Assembly: GCA_965223265.1 (NCBI GenBank)
Contig: OZ244999.1
Span: 6,496,001 to 6,560,000 of the forward strand
Source: Planctomycetota bacterium
GTDB taxonomy: Bacteria > Planctomycetota > UBA8108 > SXIK01
DNA: 64,000 bases
Reading direction: 5' to 3'
In this document: one piece after another, positions 60,544 through 64,000 of the stretch
Layout of the letters: every line of letters begins with the position of its first letter
How positions within the stretch are numbered: the first letter of the stretch is position 1
Translations under genes and position numbers: made by a program
The notes under the pieces: model-generated
What the model saw: the letters and a program-made list of their open reading frames with translations, nothing else
Told to the model about the DNA's origin: nothing
Database searches by the model: none

Positions 60544-60808
60544 ACTTCCCTCCTATCGGGTACTTGCTTCACACGACCGACGAAGAGTCGGCACTAGATC
60601 TTACGGTTTTCTTTCGTGCCAGAATCCGTCCGCCGCGGGTGAGACCGGGCGACACCATCTTATCCCACGCGCCAGCGGCTTCCAAGGTCGAATGGTAGGG
60701 TTTCCTCCAGCTTCTGGCAAGAGAATCAAGGTCTCCTGACTTGGCGCAGCGTAGACGGCCGCCACGACTCGTCGGGGAACCTCCCTCCACCGACCTCCCG
60801 TCGCCCTG

Positions 60809-62503
60809 TTAGGTCATGATCGTTTCCTTCACCACCTCTTCGATGGTCGTCACTCCGTCGTAGATGTGAAGCAGTCCGGCGTCGCGAAGCGTTCGCATGC
60901 CGTCCTCCTTGGCTGCGACCCGAAGCTCGGCGGTCGAAGCGTGGTTCATAATCATGTCACGCAAGCGATCCGTGATAATGAACATCTCGAAAATCGCGAT
61001 ACGGCCCTTGTATCCCGTGTTGTTACACTTCTTGCAGCCCTTGCCGTAGAAGAACTGCTGTCCTTCGACGCCGGTGCGGGTGAGCTCAAGCTCGTAAAGC
61101 TCTTCGTCGGTCGGCTCGTACGGCTCCTTGCAGTCGACACAGATCCGCCGCACCAGGCGCTGGGCAATGATGCCCTCAAGACACGCGGTCATGAGGAAGG
61201 GCTCCAGCCCCAAGTCAAGAAGCCGCGTCACCGCCGACGGGGCATCGTTGGTGTGGAGGGTGCTAAAAACAATGTGCCCAGTCAGCGCCGCCTCGACGGA
61301 GATCTCCGCCGTCTCGAGGTCGCGAATCTCACCGACGAGAATCTTGTCGGGATCTTGCCGCAAGATACTGCGCAGACACGCGGCGAACGTGGTACCGATC
61401 TCATCGTTGATCTGGACCTGCACGATACCCTCGAGGTCGTATTCGACAGGATCTTCAGTCGTGATGATCTTGACGCCGACGTCGTTGGCTTCGTGCAGAA
61501 CGGAATAGAGCGTCGTTGTTTTACCGCTTCCGGTAGGTCCAGTGACAAGAATAATGCCGTTCGGCTTGCCACAAACCTTGCGCATCTTCTCCAGCTCATC
61601 CGGACGCAAACCCAGCGACTCGAGATTGAGCGCGAGGTTTTGGCGGTCAAGAATACGCATGACAACGCTCTCGCCATACATGGTCGGAAGAGTCGAAACA
61701 CGCAAGTCGACTGGGCTGCCGCCGATATTGAGTTCGATCCGTCCGTCCTGCGGCAGTCGCGTTTCGGCGATGTCGAGATTCGCCATGACCTTGACGCGTG
61801 AAATCACCGCCCGGGCCAGGTGAATCGGCGGCGGCATCATTTCATAGAGGACGCCGTCAACGCGGTAACGCACCTTGAATTCGTGTTCGAACGGCTCAAG
61901 GTGAATGTCCGCAGACCGGTCGCGAATCGCCTGAAGGAGAATCATGTTGAGGAGCTTGACGACGGGAGCGGCGTTCGCATCGGCCTCCATCTGGGCGATG
62001 TCGATGCTCTGCCGCTCCTTCCCGCTCGCCTCGGAGCCCGAGCCATCGAGAAGAGCATCCATGCGATTCGGCTCGTAGAAGCGCTCGAGGGCACGCTTGA
62101 GGCCTTCTTCGCTCGCCATGACGATGCGAAAGTTATCGATCTTCGGCAGCGAGAAACGCAAATCGTCGACGAGACTCAACTCGTCAGACTTGCAGGTCGC
62201 GACGGTCAGGGTGGCGCCGTCGTATTCAATCGGCATGATCTGAAACGTTTCAGCCGTTGTCGAGTCGACCAGCTCAAGGACTTCAGGAACGATTTCCTCC
62301 TTGTCGAGGTCGCGGTACTCGAGCCCACGCTGGACCGCCAGAGCGCGCGCCAAGTCATCCTCGGAGATCAGTCCGAGTTCCTCGCGCAGAATCTCTCCCA
62401 GCGCGCCGCCTTTCTCCTTCTGGACCTCAAGCGCCTGCTGCACATCGAATTCGGAGACAATCTCCAGTTCCTTGAGGATCTGACCGAGTCTCTTGTTCAG
62501 CAC
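60809..62503 (-). CDS. pilB: Type IV pilus / T2SS assembly ATPase (PilB/GspE) with N-terminal MshEN-like motifs
   Basis: DIHLEP, RLPQDGRI, GPTGSGKTTT, LRQDPD..VGEIRD, STLHTND, tetracysteine motif. Confidence 0.93.
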   Translation of the reverse strand: MLNKRLGQILKELEIVSEFDVQQALEVQKEKGGALGEILREELGLISEDDLARALAVQRGLEYRDLDKEEIVPEVLELVDSTTAETFQIMPIEYDGATLTVATCKSDELSLVDDLRFSLPKIDNFRIVMASEEGLKRALERFYEPNRMDALLDGSGSEASGKERQSIDIAQMEADANAAPVVKLLNMILLQAIRDRSADIHLEPFEHEFKVRYRVDGVLYEMMPPPIHLARAVISRVKVMANLDIAETRLPQDGRIELNIGGSPVDLRVSTLPTMYGESVVMRILDRQNLALNLESLGLRPDELEKMRKVCGKPNGIILVTGPTGSGKTTTLYSVLHEANDVGVKIITTEDPVEYDLEGIVQVQINDEIGTTFAACLRSILRQDPDKILVGEIRDLETAEISVEAALTGHIVFSTLHTNDAPSAVTRLLDLGLEPFLMTACLEGIIAQRLVRRICVDCKEPYEPTDEELYELELTRTGVEGQQFFYGKGCKKCNNTGYKGRIAIFEMFIITDRLRDMIMNHASTAELRVAAKEDGMRTLRDAGLLHIYDGVTTIEEVVKETIMT

Positions 62504-62569
62504 GCCAATTCTCCTTGCTCTTTCTTACGAATGCTGCCCTGCGGGATGTCGCGCTCGCCTTGCATCTGA

Positions 62570-64000
62570 TCAGTCGGCGCGGTGGGTGATCCTCAGAACT
62601 TCTTGAAACGTGGTGATTCCCGCCAGCGCTTTGCGCACGGCGTCTTCCTGGAGACTCGTCATTCCCTCCGACCGCGCCTTGGCGCGCAGCTCCTGCGTTG
62701 GCTTCATTTCGAATGCCATTTCGCGCAGATCGCCAGTCATCTCCATGAGCTCGTAGGCCCCGCGCCGTCCACGGTAACCGGCGTTGCCGCACGCCTGACA
62801 TCCGCCAGGCTCGAAAACAGTGGAGCCCTCAAGATCGGCACGCGTGATGCCGACTTGCGTCAACTCCGTATCTGACGGCTCATAAGGTTGCTTACACTCC
62901 GGGCACAAAATGCGGATCAAACGCTGAGCCATGATAGCCATGACCGCGGAGGCGACGAGGAACGGCTTGACGCCCATGTCGATCAGACGTGTCAACGCAG
63001 ACGGTGCGTCATTGGTGTGCAGCGTGCTGAACACAAGGTGTCCGGTGAGTGCCGCCTGGATGGCGATATCGGCAGTCTCTTGGTCGCGAATCTCTCCGAC
63101 GAGAATAATGTTTGGCGCCTGCCGCATCATGGCGCGCAGGATGCGCTGGAACGTTAGCCCGATTTCGTGGCGCACTTCGGCCTGATTGATCCCCGCCAAG
63201 TTGTACTCGATGGGGTTCTCGGCCGTGATGATCTTGACGTCCGGGCGGTTCAGTTTTTTGAGCGCCGCGTAAAGCGTTGTGGTCTTTCCCGATCCGGTCG
63301 GGCCGGTGACCAAAAAGATTCCCGTCGGGCGCTTAATGATCTTCTCAAAACGGTTGTAGTCGGATTCGTGAAACCCGAGCTCTTCGAGATCGACAAGACT
63401 CTTCTCCTTGTCGAGGATACGCATGACGACACTTTCGCCGTGGCGCGCAGGGAGAGCCGAGACGCGAAGATCGATCTCACGTCCGTGCAAATGGATCTTG
63501 ATACGACCGTCCTGTGGACGCCGCTTCTCGGCCATGTCCATGTCGGACATGATCTTGATGCGCGAAAGGATCGGGCCCTGAAGCTTCTTCGGCGGATTCT
63601 CCTTCTCTATGCAGACGCCGTCGACGCGGTATCGAATGCGGACGCGCTTCTCGAACGGCTCGACGTGAATATCGCTGGCGCGCTCCTTGAGCGCATTCGA
63701 AATGAGCTGCGTGACATACTTGATGACCGGAGCGTCGTCTTCAGCTGAGCCTTCCCCGGCGTACTCGTGTCTCCCCACCTGGACTTCGTCGTCGCCTAAG
63801 ACTTCGCCGAGATTGCCGGAAAGGCGGTAGTACTGATCGAGCGACTCTTCAATCTCCTCAGGCGTCGAAATCGCCGCTTCGACCTCGGTGTTGAGCAGAA
63901 AGCGAAGATTGTCGAGCACCATGTAGTCGAGACCCGACATGGCGACGTAGAGACTGCCGTTTTTCCGGGCAACGGGGACGATGCTGTTCTCAAGCGCGAC
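62570..64000 (-). CDS. pilB: Second PilB/GspE ATPase (5'-partial, runs off the window edge)
   Basis: SDIHVEP, PQDGRI, GPTGSGKTTT, RQAPN..VGEIRD, CPEC..CQAC. The frame stays open to position 64000. Confidence 0.92.
   Translation of the reverse strand, partial: VALENSIVPVARKNGSLYVAMSGLDYMVLDNLRFLLNTEVEAAISTPEEIEESLDQYYRLSGNLGEVLGDDEVQVGRHEYAGEGSAEDDAPVIKYVTQLISNALKERASDIHVEPFEKRVRIRYRVDGVCIEKENPPKKLQGPILSRIKIMSDMDMAEKRRPQDGRIKIHLHGREIDLRVSALPARHGESVVMRILDKEKSLVDLEELGFHESDYNRFEKIIKRPTGIFLVTGPTGSGKTTTLYAALKKLNRPDVKIITAENPIEYNLAGINQAEVRHEIGLTFQRILRAMMRQAPNIILVGEIRDQETADIAIQAALTGHLVFSTLHTNDAPSALTRLIDMGVKPFLVASAVMAIMAQRLIRILCPECKQPYEPSDTELTQVGITRADLEGSTVFEPGGCQACGNAGYRGRRGAYELMEMTGDLREMAFEMKPTQELRAKARSEGMTSLQEDAVRKALAGITTFQEVLRITHRAD

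Overview
GC-rich bacterial chromosomal segment, most likely from Planctomycetota (inferred from dockerin-like C-terminal domains, tandem PilB plus PilC, a TsaC-phosphatase fusion and waaA). Almost all genes are on the minus strand. Most of the window is housekeeping: mutL, folD, moaC, polyprenyl synthase, ald, nadD, asnS, metK, waaA, secA, xerD, serA, the rpmF-plsX-fabH-fabD-fabG-acpP-fabF cluster, alaS, thpR, a pfkB kinase, rnhA, rnr and pilB/pilC. The standout signal is in the first gene of a MoxR AAA+/vWA operon (8409-10331, minus strand). Its frame is interrupted by two in-frame TGA codons 11 codons apart, each ending the same KPGGT-TGA motif. The two copies of the motif differ only at synonymous positions. 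They lie just after a CxxC, and each TGA is followed by a hairpin, one with a GGUC loop like the E. coli fdhF SECIS. This is a candidate new two-selenocysteine protein that a gene caller would split in two. Other notable items are a nine-heme lipoprotein cytochrome next to a beta-barrel gene (candidate porin-cytochrome conduit), a 193-bp MITE with 22-bp terminal inverted repeats and a 5-bp target duplication, an orphan ~180-nt structured RNA with its own promoter and terminator, a cohesin/dockerin surface protein pair, a 15-bp VNTR inside the fab cluster and several palindromic repeats. No rRNA, tRNA or CRISPR array was recognised. All calls come from reading motifs by eye, and no database searches were run.
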